Part shown: positions 20,411-30,956 of the stretch, in pieces | How the letters are laid out: each line of letters starts with the position of its first letter | How positions within the stretch are numbered: position 1 is the first letter of the stretch | Source of the DNA: Promethearchaeota archaeon | GTDB taxonomy: Archaea > Asgardarchaeota > Lokiarchaeia > Sigyniarchaeales > SOKP01 | DNA: 64,000 bases | Direction of reading: 5' to 3' | Assembly (NCBI GenBank): GCA_030599585.1 | Contig: JAUVNS010000015.1 | Location: forward strand, 32,001-96,000 | Program-made: the position numbers and the translations under genes | Notes under the pieces: generated by a model | Database searches by the model: none | Told to the model about the DNA's origin: nothing | What the model saw: the letters and a program-made list of their open reading frames with translations, nothing else

Positions 20411-21331
20411 TTAATCCACCCCCTTAATGGGATTTAAAGATATTTTATTCTTAAAAAAAAAAGAAAAGTTCTTAACATGTTTAGAACTGTTTTCATCTCT
20501 TAGTACGACTTTATTCTTAGTAATATTTTCAACTAAATATGTGACCTTATTGATTACAACAATGTCATTTTTCTTAACTGGTAAGAATTTTATAAGGGCT
20601 TTTAATCTATAAAGACCTCTTCCTTTTTGAGAATCTCTACCTACCAACTTTTTTGTCCGATTTAAAATAAAGGTAAAATTCGCTTTCATATGTGAAATAA
20701 TTCGGTTCATCAACTCGTTTGTGCTTAAGTAGAGATCCACACCAAGATTTTGATCTTCTATTTTTGAAATATACTGAGTTTGATTTTTAGCAAATAGATT
20801 TTCTACGAAAATCGAGATATGGCCTAAAGCTTCTTCAATAACTCCAAATTGAGACCTATCAGTCACCCTCAATTGGATAATCGAAATGTAATACATTCCT
20901 GCTCTTAAATTAGTGCAATTTTTACATAAATCATAATTAATGTTCAGTTTTAGGGTATGTTGATGTGATATCTTTTGATCATCCCTTAATTTCCCCAATA
21001 CAGTAACATCCATAGAAGTTAATAAATCTCGCGAAGAGTATACAAGTCTATCGAATGAGAACGAGAATATTATCATATCTTGTTTTACGTATTTTTTTAA
21101 TAAAAAACGAATTAACGCTGCTTCAATGATTTTGAACAAATCTTTACTTTCAGATGCTGTCCAAACCTCTTTTTTAGCATAATTTTGGCAATCAATACAT
21201 AACTTAAAGTTATAATTATTAGGCAACTCAAACAATGGATTTTCGGTTAAATAACAATTAAGGCACATACCAAAATGAGGTGCAAATTCATCAATTACTG
21301 TACCACATATCGCACAAAATCTGTGAGGCAT
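20411..21331 (-). CDS. NMD3-family ribosome biogenesis protein
   Basis: Four CxxC pairs, YYISIIQLR, GVDLYL, KKLVGRD. Confidence 0.88.
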   Translation of the reverse strand: MPHRFCAICGTVIDEFAPHFGMCLNCYLTENPLFELPNNYNFKLCIDCQNYAKKEVWTASESKDLFKIIEAALIRFLLKKYVKQDMIIFSFSFDRLVYSSRDLLTSMDVTVLGKLRDDQKISHQHTLKLNINYDLCKNCTNLRAGMYYISIIQLRVTDRSQFGVIEEALGHISIFVENLFAKNQTQYISKIEDQNLGVDLYLSTNELMNRIISHMKANFTFILNRTKKLVGRDSQKGRGLYRLKALIKFLPVKKNDIVVINKVTYLVENITKNKVVLRDENSSKHVKNFSFFFKNKISLNPIKGVD

Positions 21332-21627
21332 TAAAACATCATTTTCATAGCCATTGGAATTTTATTAATTTTTCTAACTCCTTCTTTGGGAAGTATTTTC
21401 TGAGCTATAGCCATGTTTGTTATATTTTCTCCAACTATATTAAAGTATGACGCTCCTCTTAATATTTCAATTGCTTTGTCGATAGCTAGAAGATCCCCCC
21501 CAAAAAAGGCGGAACCAATCTCAAGTCTTAAATTGCCTTCAGTAAAAATTTTATTTAATAATTCTTCGTCGCAACAAGCAATTGTCTCCATGTCGCTGCG
21601 TCTATGGATTTTAAGATATACTTTCAT
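21331..21627 (-). CDS. DUF424 family protein
   Basis: IACCDEELL, FFGG, NIVGE, IP.A; typical neighbour of aIF2-beta. Confidence 0.85.
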   Translation of the reverse strand: MKVYLKIHRRSDMETIACCDEELLNKIFTEGNLRLEIGSAFFGGDLLAIDKAIEILRGASYFNIVGENITNMAIAQKILPKEGVRKINKIPMAMKMMF

Positions 21628-21648
21628 TTCGCACTCATTAACATATGG

Positions 21649-22071
21649 TTATTTCTCTTTAATTTCTTCTCTCGCTCCGCAAGCTGTGCATTTAAGAAAA
21701 ATCTTTTTACCTTCTTTTTGAATGTCCGTATCTGGTTTATTGCAGATTTTACATCGTACGTAAGTTTTCGAGTAAACCTCAATGAGTCTATTTAATACTT
21801 GTTCCTTGTAAATACCCTTTAAAAACAATTGTTGCCCCCGTATTTCTCCCATGGTCCCTACTTTTTTGAGAAATATTCCTATAAAATGCTTCCGATCTCT
21901 ATTTAAAATATTGATAATCCTGTTAAAGTTTGTAATGTAAGTGTTTTTTGCTTCAAATCTTATCTGAACTTTAGGTATCTCAAATCTAGATAACTTCTTT
22001 ACATTCTCCGGAATGTTTTCATAAGCTTTATCAATTAATTCGTCATAATTATTTATATCCATTTCATTCAA
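21649..22071 (-). CDS. eif2b: Translation initiation factor 2 subunit beta
   Basis: RFEIP, ITNF, YVRCKICNKPDT..CTACGA. Confidence 0.95.
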   Translation of the reverse strand: MNEMDINNYDELIDKAYENIPENVKKLSRFEIPKVQIRFEAKNTYITNFNRIINILNRDRKHFIGIFLKKVGTMGEIRGQQLFLKGIYKEQVLNRLIEVYSKTYVRCKICNKPDTDIQKEGKKIFLKCTACGAREEIKEK

Positions 22072-22179
22072 CCTGTTCTTAATATTTCTACATTGTTCTA
22101 GAATTTACCTTACAAAATTAATTTTACGATTTTGAGAATGAAATTAGCAATAAAGAGTAAATCTTGTGAATGATGCTGT

Positions 22180-22932
22180 TTAGTAACTTTGGTAGATATT
22201 TTCTTCAGTTGGATAAATCCTTGATTCCATAACTAAGTCGTTAATATAAGTTCTTAGTTTGTTTTCAGAAACTTTCGTTCTTCGCTGTAATTCTTCAAGA
22301 CTTATTCCGTTCCCGTCTTGTGAATACTCATAAATTATGGTAAAAATATCTTCTTTAACTTTATCTACTTTAGGCGATTTCGTTTCACTAAACAGTTTTT
22401 CTACATCAATATCGCTCGGTATGTCGTCAAAAAACGTATCTTCTTCTAACTCAGAGCCAGTATCTTCAGGGATCTCATGGAGATCTCCAGATTTGATTTT
22501 TTTAATTACATCAGCTTCTCTTAACAAAACATAGTTAGGGTCATTTATTTTCTTGATAAAGGCGATATTGTTAATTTGGACTTTCTCACCAAAAAAACCA
22601 ATTCTTCCTAATACATCAACTAATACTCCTTTAGTTCTATCTCTATAATTTTCTACATCTACATCCCACTTTACAGCAGAAATGATACCTGTGCCGTCAT
22701 CAAGTTCAAATCTTAAATTGGTGCTAACTTCTTCCGTTGGAGAATTAATATCGGAACTTCTCTTACTCATAAATTCTTCTCGATTAGTGATTGTAGCAAC
22801 AATTCTAACTCTTTTAAGAGTTCCAAAAATGGTATATAGCGAATTCTTCGGAGTTATATACCTACCTTCTAACAGATGCTTTATCAAACAACGAATTGGA
22901 GGTGTGTATTCGTAAGATCTTGCGGCATTCAT
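22180..22932 (-). CDS. RPA32-like ssDNA-binding protein (OB fold + winged helix)
   Basis: RVRIVAT..FELDDGTGII..VDVLG, acidic linker, C-terminal wHTH (GISLEEL..LVMESRIY). Confidence 0.75.
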   Translation of the reverse strand: MNAARSYEYTPPIRCLIKHLLEGRYITPKNSLYTIFGTLKRVRIVATITNREEFMSKRSSDINSPTEEVSTNLRFELDDGTGIISAVKWDVDVENYRDRTKGVLVDVLGRIGFFGEKVQINNIAFIKKINDPNYVLLREADVIKKIKSGDLHEIPEDTGSELEEDTFFDDIPSDIDVEKLFSETKSPKVDKVKEDIFTIIYEYSQDGNGISLEELQRRTKVSENKLRTYINDLVMESRIYPTEENIYQSY

Positions 22933-23181
22933 AATTAAAACATTTTTTCTTTTCTTTTATATTATTTTTAAACTATATCGCATAAAGAAATGATTATTAA
23001 ATGCTAAATATAACCTAATTAATCTAAATTTTATTCTTTTATAAAATGATATTTTTGAAAATGAATAATTCCTTATTGATTTATTATTATTGAAGTTAAA
23101 GAGGTATTAAGTTTTCAAAATACTATAGAAAATTTCAAGAGAACTGTAAAAAAGAGACTGAGACTACCAACAATAAAAGAA

Positions 23182-23309
23182 TGGTAGCGGGGGTTCGATT
23201 TGAACGAACGATCTCAGGGTTTCTCATCCAAAAGCGTGAAAAATTTATTTTTTCCACACATTATTAAGATATGAGCCCTGCGGCATAAACCAGGCTAGCC
23301 CACCCCGCT
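23182..23309 (-). tRNA. tRNA-Met(CAT), initiator type, with 49-nt intron (23221..23269) at canonical 37/38
   Basis: Reverse complement AGCGGGG...CAGGG-CTCATA|intron|A-CCCTG...GTTCAAATC...CCCCGCT-ACCA; A1-U72 and three G-C pairs in the anticodon stem; BHB core CTCA/TGAG. Confidence 0.92.
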
Positions 23310-23466
23310 TAGGTTTTTTTTATGAGCATCACTCTTAAAATATAGATCATATAATTATTTTTTCTATTAATTTCTTTTCATTTTTGAAGTAGATATTAGT
23401 GGTGTTTTTTTAGTACAATCTATATTATCATGTAATTATTTAAAATAAACTCACAAATTTATTGAA

Positions 23467-24162
23467 ATGGCTGATTCTCATTCAAAAAGCTTTTTTGGGC
23501 AGAATACAGGGATAATTGTTAGCAGTTCTTCAAGTTCAGATCCATTTATGTTTATCCATTGTTTTAAAAAAAAACCAAATGGAGTTTGGGAAAAACCATC
23601 ATATAGTGAGGGCAAAGCGGTTAAGTTTTCATTAGAAGAGATCGTAATGATATTAAGAGTTTTGAACCATAAAACTCAAAAATGGCAATGTCAACACGTC
23701 TTTAAAGATAAAGAAACCTCCGTATTTTTTAATTGGGAAGATATTAATCATGAAGTTCTTTGGATCAATGTAGGTAATTACTCAAAAAGGCTCCATTTAG
23801 CTCAAACTGAAATTTTGCGTCTTCTTTTAACCCATTTCCTTAATGAAAAAATAGTATATTCTACCTTACAAAAGAAACGCAATCAAAAAAATCAGTTCCA
23901 ATCAAACAACCATAACATCCAGTTAGATGATAAAATCCTTTCGCATAAACCTAAAAATACGAAAAAACCCCCAAATGACACCAGTGATCTTTATGGATCT
24001 ATCGTAGGAGAAACGGAAAAAGCAGTTTTAATTGACTTTAAAAACAAAGAAGAGTGGATACCAAAATCTGCCATAAGTAACCAATATCTTCCAAAGAAAA
24101 ATGTTAAACAAAAATTTCTGATTAATAATTGGATTTTAAAGAAATTAGAATTAATTATATAG
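23467..24162 (+). CDS. Hypothetical two-domain protein, possibly nucleic-acid binding
   Basis: 231-aa ORF; C-terminal ETEKAVLI..WIPKS module. Confidence 0.6.
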   Translation: MADSHSKSFFGQNTGIIVSSSSSSDPFMFIHCFKKKPNGVWEKPSYSEGKAVKFSLEEIVMILRVLNHKTQKWQCQHVFKDKETSVFFNWEDINHEVLWINVGNYSKRLHLAQTEILRLLLTHFLNEKIVYSTLQKKRNQKNQFQSNNHNIQLDDKILSHKPKNTKKPPNDTSDLYGSIVGETEKAVLIDFKNKEEWIPKSAISNQYLPKKNVKQKFLINNWILKKLELII

Positions 24163-24255
24163 CTAGCAAATACATTTTTAAAATAAAAAGAATAACCTTA
24201 ATTTTTACTCTAAATTAACCTTTCTATCACAATAATTAGCATTTACTAGCGTTTT

Positions 24256-26049
24256 ATGACCTTACTCGATCTTATTGTAGATTTCTTATTAAACCCTTGG
24301 TTTATCATCTCTTTAGTTTTTTGGGTTATTGTGTTTATTTTTGTCTTTTTACTCAGAAACAAAAAAGAGGCTTACACTTTATTTTTCCCTTTACTCGCTA
24401 TGTTTAAGACCAAAAAACTCAATAACCTCATTCAAAGAATATCGAAAAAAGGCCCTCGATTTTGGAGAATATTTTGGAATATTGGCATATTTGTATCTTT
24501 TGGATTTACAATTTATGGTTTTTACTTTTTCTATAGTAACATTTTAAACCTTTTGTTCCAACCTAGCATAGAAAACGCTTTTGTTCTCCTTATCCCCGGG
24601 GTTACAATCGACCTACCAGTCTTCATGTACCTGTTATTGCCGCTATTATTTATAGTGACGACACACGAATTTGCTCATGGTATTTCTGCTAGTATTGATG
24701 GGGTAGAAATTAAATCAACAGGTGTACTCGGAGCTGGTTTGTTTTTTTTAGTTGGGTTTGGCGCTTTTGTAGAAGTTGATGAGAGAACATTAAGATCGTC
24801 GAAATTTAAAAGAAACACTCGGTTAAGAATAGCTGCTGCAGGAACATATGTGAATGCTATAACTGCAGGTGTAGCGTTCCTATTAATATTAAGTTTTCCA
24901 GCTATAGTTTCTCCTTTCTATGTACAAACAGTTCAAATTAATAACGTGTTAACGCCTCAAGAGGGAGGTTTTAATTACGGAAACCTTGAGAGTGGAGATG
25001 CTATAGTTGCAATCAAACGTCAAAACGATCCTGATAGCCAATTTTTAAACCTTGATTTATCTCAGGACATTAGTCTTACTTCAATACTGAGTAATTCTAC
25101 TAGCGTTAAATTCGCAATAGGAGATAATCTAACTTTTAGTACTTACAATCCATCTAGCGATTCCTACTCTAAGAAAAATGTTACTGTGGGTCCTCGATAT
25201 GATATAGGAATCCGTTATGCGTATATTCCAAATGGTACAGGATTAATTATTACTTATAATTATTCGAGTAGTACTGCAACAAACATACTCATATCCAAAG
25301 TGAATGGTACGGCTATAAATGTCTCAAATGACGATACTTTAGCATTGTTGCTAACTGACTTTAATCTAAAAGCTATAAACCTGACAACTGTCTCAGGAAA
25401 AGATTATATTTTAGATGTAGAAATTGTTGGCGTTTATATTGGTGTTCAAAGTAATTCTTATTGGATGCATAAAAATGACTTTGCAAAATTTTTTACGAGT
25501 AATTGGCCAGATTTCCTAATCAGAGAGCTTATATGGCTTTTTATAATATCTTTTAGCATAACCCTGTTTAATATGATGCCCCTACCCATTTTTGACGGGG
25601 ATAGATTCCTAAAAGAATTAATTGATTGGATATTTGGCGAAGACTATAAATCTAAAAAGAAAAAGATTGATAGATTAATCTATAAAGGAACTGATACGGA
25701 GTGCAAATTAACAGAATACCGAGTTGAAAATATAGAATACGTTAAAATTCTTCTGAAGGAGGATAATAAGGGTATACAAAATGGTGAAGTCCTCTTGGGA
25801 AAAGATAATTATGAATTAGTAGACTCAATAGGAGACGGATATAAAGATACTGTATCCGTGAAACTTCCTGAAACTACGAAACTAAAAAAAAATTCAGTCT
25901 TTGAAGTTTCTTTCGAATACTTGTACGATGATAAACGAAAAATTAAAAAGATTGTTTTAAATACGGTAAGATTTGTAGCGCTAGGGCTTATTCTTGGGAA
26001 CTTCGTGCTATCATTTTCGCTATTTGGATTTAATCTTCTTGGTTTTTAA
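24256..26049 (+). CDS. Site-2 protease (M50) with PDZ-like insert
   Basis: HEFAH, GAFVE, RIAAAG, FNMMPLPIFDG. Confidence 0.92.
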   Translation: MTLLDLIVDFLLNPWFIISLVFWVIVFIFVFLLRNKKEAYTLFFPLLAMFKTKKLNNLIQRISKKGPRFWRIFWNIGIFVSFGFTIYGFYFFYSNILNLLFQPSIENAFVLLIPGVTIDLPVFMYLLLPLLFIVTTHEFAHGISASIDGVEIKSTGVLGAGLFFLVGFGAFVEVDERTLRSSKFKRNTRLRIAAAGTYVNAITAGVAFLLILSFPAIVSPFYVQTVQINNVLTPQEGGFNYGNLESGDAIVAIKRQNDPDSQFLNLDLSQDISLTSILSNSTSVKFAIGDNLTFSTYNPSSDSYSKKNVTVGPRYDIGIRYAYIPNGTGLIITYNYSSSTATNILISKVNGTAINVSNDDTLALLLTDFNLKAINLTTVSGKDYILDVEIVGVYIGVQSNSYWMHKNDFAKFFTSNWPDFLIRELIWLFIISFSITLFNMMPLPIFDGDRFLKELIDWIFGEDYKSKKKKIDRLIYKGTDTECKLTEYRVENIEYVKILLKEDNKGIQNGEVLLGKDNYELVDSIGDGYKDTVSVKLPETTKLKKNSVFEVSFEYLYDDKRKIKKIVLNTVRFVALGLILGNFVLSFSLFGFNLLGF

Positions 26050-26062
26050 TTATATTGCTGAT

Positions 26063-27064
26063 GTGATTTTCATAAACAATATTGATAGCTCCTATAATAT
26101 TTTTCTAAAAACTGGTACATGCGACTATTGCAGTAAAAATTCGCTGGTAGTTCACAGAAAATATTCTGGCGAATTAATATGCACTAATTGTTTTACGAAA
26201 AGAATTGAGAAAAATATTTACCAGACAATATCTAAATATAAAATGTTAAAACCAAAAGATAAAATCGTAGTGGGTATCTCTGGTGGAAAAGACTCTCTTT
26301 CTTTACTATATAACCTTAAGCAAATTCAAGCAAATAGTTATCATTCGAATCCATTAATAGCAGTAACTATCGATGAAGGGATTAGAGATTATAGAAGTAA
26401 TAGTACAAAGAACGCAATTGAATTCTGTAAACAGCATAAAATAAAACATGAAATAGTTTCGTTTAAAGAGAAAACCGGTAAAACATTAGATGAGATAGTA
26501 GAATTGAAAAAGAGAGCTACTAAAAATACATATGCTTGCAATTTTTGTGCTACTCTTAGAAGAAGAATCTTAAACGAAACCGCAAAAAACTTAGGCGCTG
26601 ATGTCCTCGCAATGGGTCATAATTTAACAGATATAGCAGAAACTTATTTAATGAATATTCTTTTTAAAAGATTCAAGCTTATTGCTAATCAGTATCTTTT
26701 CAAAGAAGAAAGTAAAGAAATTAAGAAGTATTTCGTTAGACGAATCACTCCGCTAATGAAAATTCCAGAAGAAGAAATATATCTCTACGCAAACCTAAAA
26801 AAAATCAATTATTACCCTTCTCATTGCCCCTACAGAGAAGAAGATCCAATTTTAAGGAAACGTGTTCTAGATTTCATTCAAGAATGCAAAAAATTTAGCC
26901 CTGAAATAGAATTCAATTTACTGAACGGATTTTTGGAGAGTTCTGAAATTTTTTCTAAACATTACATACATAAATCATATAATACTTGTAAAAAATGTGG
27001 GTATCCGTGCGGTAAAACAAATATCTGTTTATACTGCAAATATCTAAGTGAGTTTAGAAACTAG
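26063..27064 (+). CDS. TtuA/Ncs6-like tRNA 2-thiolation protein (TIGR00269-like)
   Basis: SGGKDS, CNFCATLRR, GHNLTD, terminal Zn fingers; start uncertain. Confidence 0.88.
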   Translation: MIFINNIDSSYNIFLKTGTCDYCSKNSLVVHRKYSGELICTNCFTKRIEKNIYQTISKYKMLKPKDKIVVGISGGKDSLSLLYNLKQIQANSYHSNPLIAVTIDEGIRDYRSNSTKNAIEFCKQHKIKHEIVSFKEKTGKTLDEIVELKKRATKNTYACNFCATLRRRILNETAKNLGADVLAMGHNLTDIAETYLMNILFKRFKLIANQYLFKEESKEIKKYFVRRITPLMKIPEEEIYLYANLKKINYYPSHCPYREEDPILRKRVLDFIQECKKFSPEIEFNLLNGFLESSEIFSKHYIHKSYNTCKKCGYPCGKTNICLYCKYLSEFRN

Positions 27065-27066
27065 TT

Positions 27067-28062
27067 TCATTTGACGAGTTGCTCTCCGAATATTTTCAAA
27101 TCATCATATTCTCTGATTTCCCCTCTAAAAAGCGGAATTTCGATAAGTTTTTTGCCAAGTTCATCTCTAAAAACTTTCTGAATTTTAAACAAATTACTAG
27201 CTTGCATCTTTCTTCTCGATCGGCAAAAATCACATAAATCTTCTTCATCTTGATATAATTGGTTTACCACAATATTTGAAACAGGGATGTTATATTTTAG
27301 TAGTTCACTTAAAAGGCGTCCCGTCTCTGAAATAGCCATTTCTTCCGGTATCATTACTACAACAAACGAGTTTATCGTGGGGTTAGTAAGATCATCTCGT
27401 GCTCTAACGATTGAATCTTTTAATCTCTCTAAAACTTCCAATGAATTATCTTTTTTTTTTTCTCCGCTTGTAAAAAGACTCTTCATCATTCCCATAAGAT
27501 TTCCTAATTTTAATCTCATCTTCAATAATTTACCTATCCAGCCTGATAACGTTTCTGGAAGGCTTAAAAATCTCAATGTATGACCCGTTGGGGCCGTGTC
27601 AAATATCACTAAATCGTAATCGTGATCAGTTTCTATAAATTCTAAAACCTTTAATAATGCGAAAGCTTCGTCTATCCCAGGAGGACTCATTGAGGTGATA
27701 TCTTGTAAATCTTCCATCATTGGTAATCCGCCCATTATATCTGGCATTTCCATTCCTTCTCCCGGGCTCATACCAGTTAAACTTTTATATTCTGACATAT
27801 CCGCTTTAGGGTCTATTTCTAAAGCAGTTAAGTGTTTTACACCAGGTATTTTTGTTGGTTCTCCGGGGGGAAGTGCTATCCCAAAACTGTCTCCTAAAGA
27901 ATGAGCGGGATCAGTACTGATAATTAAAGTGTTTCTTCCGTGTTCTGCTGCCCAGATCGCAGAACTTGAAGCGCAGGTTGTTTTTCCGACGCCTCCTTTC
28001 CCACCAAACATTATTATCTTTAAACTTAATAACATTTCAGATAAGTTCATATTATTCCACAC
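27067..28062 (-). CDS. ArsA/Get3(TRC40)-family ATPase
   Basis: GGKGGVGKTT, STDPAHSL, DTAPTGHTLRFL, Met-rich insert and CxxC typical of the Get3-like branch. Confidence 0.92.
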   Translation of the reverse strand: MWNNMNLSEMLLSLKIIMFGGKGGVGKTTCASSSAIWAAEHGRNTLIISTDPAHSLGDSFGIALPPGEPTKIPGVKHLTALEIDPKADMSEYKSLTGMSPGEGMEMPDIMGGLPMMEDLQDITSMSPPGIDEAFALLKVLEFIETDHDYDLVIFDTAPTGHTLRFLSLPETLSGWIGKLLKMRLKLGNLMGMMKSLFTSGEKKKDNSLEVLERLKDSIVRARDDLTNPTINSFVVVMIPEEMAISETGRLLSELLKYNIPVSNIVVNQLYQDEEDLCDFCRSRRKMQASNLFKIQKVFRDELGKKLIEIPLFRGEIREYDDLKIFGEQLVK

Positions 28063-28140
28063 TAATCCTTCTAATTAATTTCTGTAATACTCTTACATTT
28101 TATTAATGAAGCTCATAAAATAAAAACTATAAAACTTACT

Positions 28141-29415
28141 CTAATAAGTTAATTTGAATCGAAGAATTGCGACTATTCCCCCGAAAGTGCTATATAACAT
28201 TTCTCCTTCTTCAGTATCCGGAGAAATTATAATTACATCAGTTCCCATGGTTTCTGCTATGGAACCAAGCTCTTCAATTATTAGGACAGCATTGCTTACA
28301 TTAAAGGTGTTAGAACCGCAATCAGGACAATTTTCATCTTGAATAGACAATTTTAATTTATTCACTTCCCGCTCCCGTGCTGTTCGAGATTCTTCGTATT
28401 TACAATTGGAACAAGTGATATTTACTTGATAAGTATCTAATTTTTCAGAAAGAATTAATTTGGCTACAGCACCCATATTTAAAGCTTTTTGCACTTCCTC
28501 AAGACCGTATGCAACTAAACCAGTCTCTTTTGAAACCGCATTTAAAAATGATTGCATTACTTGTTTTTCTTTAATATACTTTACGTTAGCTATTTGATCT
28601 TTAATTTTATGAATCAACGCACGGATTCCCTCAATTCCACCATAACCAAGATCAACAACATCCAAAATTTTCTCTCGTAATCGATAATCTAAACTTTCAT
28701 CGTTTACAAATTTTTCTTTAGAAGGTCCTGGTCCTCCTATGAAAATTCCTTGTAATTCTTCCATGCCTAAAAATAATTTGTTGACTTCATCAGAGATTCT
28801 TCTGTAAAATCTCGTTTCTGCTTCTTCCATTTGCCGTTCGAATCTTTTCTGAGACTGCCCTCCAGCTTTATGCTTACCATGGACCCCGGAAGTAAAATCT
28901 CTCACTATTTCTACGTGGTTTCCTCTTAAATATCCTACAGCAGACTCCTTTCTACCTATACTAAGTAATCCATAAGTTTCCTTTGTTTCGAGCATATCCT
29001 CTAACGGCCATAATAGAAACTCGCTTGCACAATGATATCTAAAGGTTAAAACTTTTTCAGGGGGATGGACAATATACATCTCATTCTTCTCTGTTCCAGG
29101 AGTATTGTTTTGCGGGATCGCACCAGAAAACATAACTAACCCATTTTCAGGAACTATTGTAATGTTTTTCAACTGACCTAAAAGACTTGATATGCTTTCT
29201 AAAACGTTTTTCCGAGTTAATTTTGACTTAATATTCTGACTTTCACTTACTTCATTCTTAAGGTGATTTGTAACATCAGAGATCTTACGATCGTGAGGAA
29301 TATACAGCGAAACTAACTCCGTGTGAAAACCCTTCTTCTCCTTTAGCTGTTTAAGTAACCTCTTTGTTTGATATATTTGTAAATCATTACTTTTACGCTC
29401 TTCAGTTAAAGCCAT
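28141..29415 (-). CDS. prf1: Peptide chain release factor aRF1
   Basis: NIKS, YHC, GGQS, FGGIVAILRF. Confidence 0.97.
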   Translation of the reverse strand: MALTEERKSNDLQIYQTKRLLKQLKEKKGFHTELVSLYIPHDRKISDVTNHLKNEVSESQNIKSKLTRKNVLESISSLLGQLKNITIVPENGLVMFSGAIPQNNTPGTEKNEMYIVHPPEKVLTFRYHCASEFLLWPLEDMLETKETYGLLSIGRKESAVGYLRGNHVEIVRDFTSGVHGKHKAGGQSQKRFERQMEEAETRFYRRISDEVNKLFLGMEELQGIFIGGPGPSKEKFVNDESLDYRLREKILDVVDLGYGGIEGIRALIHKIKDQIANVKYIKEKQVMQSFLNAVSKETGLVAYGLEEVQKALNMGAVAKLILSEKLDTYQVNITCSNCKYEESRTAREREVNKLKLSIQDENCPDCGSNTFNVSNAVLIIEELGSIAETMGTDVIIISPDTEEGEMLYSTFGGIVAILRFKLTY

Positions 29416-29508
29416 AAGAATCAACAAAAATTAAAAAGATCCAAAAGATTAATAGTTTTTCTTTATTTCAAACTATAAAAACAACGATATATGTGAAACC
29501 TTTAAATT

Positions 29509-30297
29509 ATGACACCTATTAATGACCAAAATCCCATAATCCCCATAGATCATCCCCGTTATGAAAGTTTAAAATATAGGCACAAGATAATTGAGGGAAT
29601 GAAAAATTTAATTGTTGCTGAGGCCGGTTTAATTGCTCATGGGCGAGGAGAATGTTTTGATTACATGCTAGGGGAAACAACCAACGAGACAGCAAAAGAA
29701 GCTATAATTGCTGCAGTTGCATTGCTTCTTACAGCATCAAATGCCGTTATTAGCGTTAATGGAAACACTGCAGCTTTATGTCCAAATGAATTAGTAGAAC
29801 TATCAGAGATTATAAATGCACCACTTGAAATTAACCTATTTTATAGAAAAAAAGGAAGAATTGAAGCAATTAAGAATGTATTACAAGGTGCGGGAGCTAA
29901 AAAGATTCTGGGGCTCGACGAACGTATTATGGTCGAAATAGAAGAATTGTCTAGCAATAGAAGAAATGTGGATCCGAATGGTATAAAAATCGCTGATGTC
30001 GTATTCGTCCCCCTTGAGGACGGAGATAGAACAGAAGCTTTGAAAAAAATTGGGAAAATAGTAGTCGCAGTCGATTTAAATCCAATAAGTAGAACTTCTC
30101 TATGGGCTGACATTACAATAGTAGACAATTTTATAAGAGTAATGCCGGAAATGATTAAGATTGCTAAGAAATTAAAAGACGCCGATGAAAAAGAACTAAT
30201 AAATATTATTAAAAGATTTGATAATAAAAAAAATATTCAAGCGTCTTTAAACACAATAATTAAATACACAAAAAAACAAAAAAAAAAGCTTTTATGA
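29509..30297 (+). CDS. Phosphopantothenate synthetase (archaeal PPS)
   Basis: HPRYESL, GLIAHGRGE.FDY, VPLEDGDR, DLNPISRT. Confidence 0.93.
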   Translation: MTPINDQNPIIPIDHPRYESLKYRHKIIEGMKNLIVAEAGLIAHGRGECFDYMLGETTNETAKEAIIAAVALLLTASNAVISVNGNTAALCPNELVELSEIINAPLEINLFYRKKGRIEAIKNVLQGAGAKKILGLDERIMVEIEELSSNRRNVDPNGIKIADVVFVPLEDGDRTEALKKIGKIVVAVDLNPISRTSLWADITIVDNFIRVMPEMIKIAKKLKDADEKELINIIKRFDNKKNIQASLNTIIKYTKKQKKKLL

Positions 30298-30423
30298 ATT
30301 TATGAAATTAAGGAACAGCATTTAAAGCTTTTAGTTAATTAAAAAAGCTTAAAAAGTTCTAAAATAATACTTATTTAGCAACTATTTAATATATAAAGAA
30401 CAAGTTCTAGGGCTCATATAATA

Positions 30424-30948
30424 ATGGGTACAGAAAAAGATACGCAGATCAATTCCTCCAGCAATTTCCGCGACACCAACCCTATTGTGGTAAGAAGATG
30501 TACCCTAGAGGATCTAGAAGGCGTTATCAAAGTAAACGAACAAGAATTACCAGAAGATTACCCCTATTTCTTTTATAAAAGTATCCTAGATAATTATCCT
30601 GAGTCATTCCTCGTAGCGTGTAACAGTAATAAGGAAATTATCGGATACATAATGTGGAGAGTTGAAAGAACCCCCGCAATTACAAGCCTGAAATTAAAAA
30701 ATAATGGACATCTCGTCTCTATTGCCGTCTTAAAAAACTATAGAAGATTAGGAATTGCTACCACGCTCCTATCTCACTCCATGAAAAAAATTAAAAAATA
30801 CAAAATTGACGAATACGTGTTAGAAGTAAGGATTAGCAACTTTGAAGCTACTAACTTATACAAGAGATTTAAGTTCATTACTCACAGCATAAAAGAAAAG
30901 TATTATAGAGACGGAGAAAATGCCTATTACATGGTCTTCAAAGCGTAA
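30424..30948 (+). CDS. N-terminal acetyltransferase (Ard1/RimI-like GNAT)
   Basis: LPEDY, GHLVSIAV..YRRLGIA, LEVRISN, YYRDGENAY. Confidence 0.9.
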   Translation: MGTEKDTQINSSSNFRDTNPIVVRRCTLEDLEGVIKVNEQELPEDYPYFFYKSILDNYPESFLVACNSNKEIIGYIMWRVERTPAITSLKLKNNGHLVSIAVLKNYRRLGIATTLLSHSMKKIKKYKIDEYVLEVRISNFEATNLYKRFKFITHSIKEKYYRDGENAYYMVFKA

Positions 30949-30956
30949 ACATCAAA

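Noticed and set aside
30268-30297. Possible frameshift at the poly-A tail of the PPS gene
   Set aside because: Affects only the last few residues; cannot be told apart from a homopolymer error or a natural end
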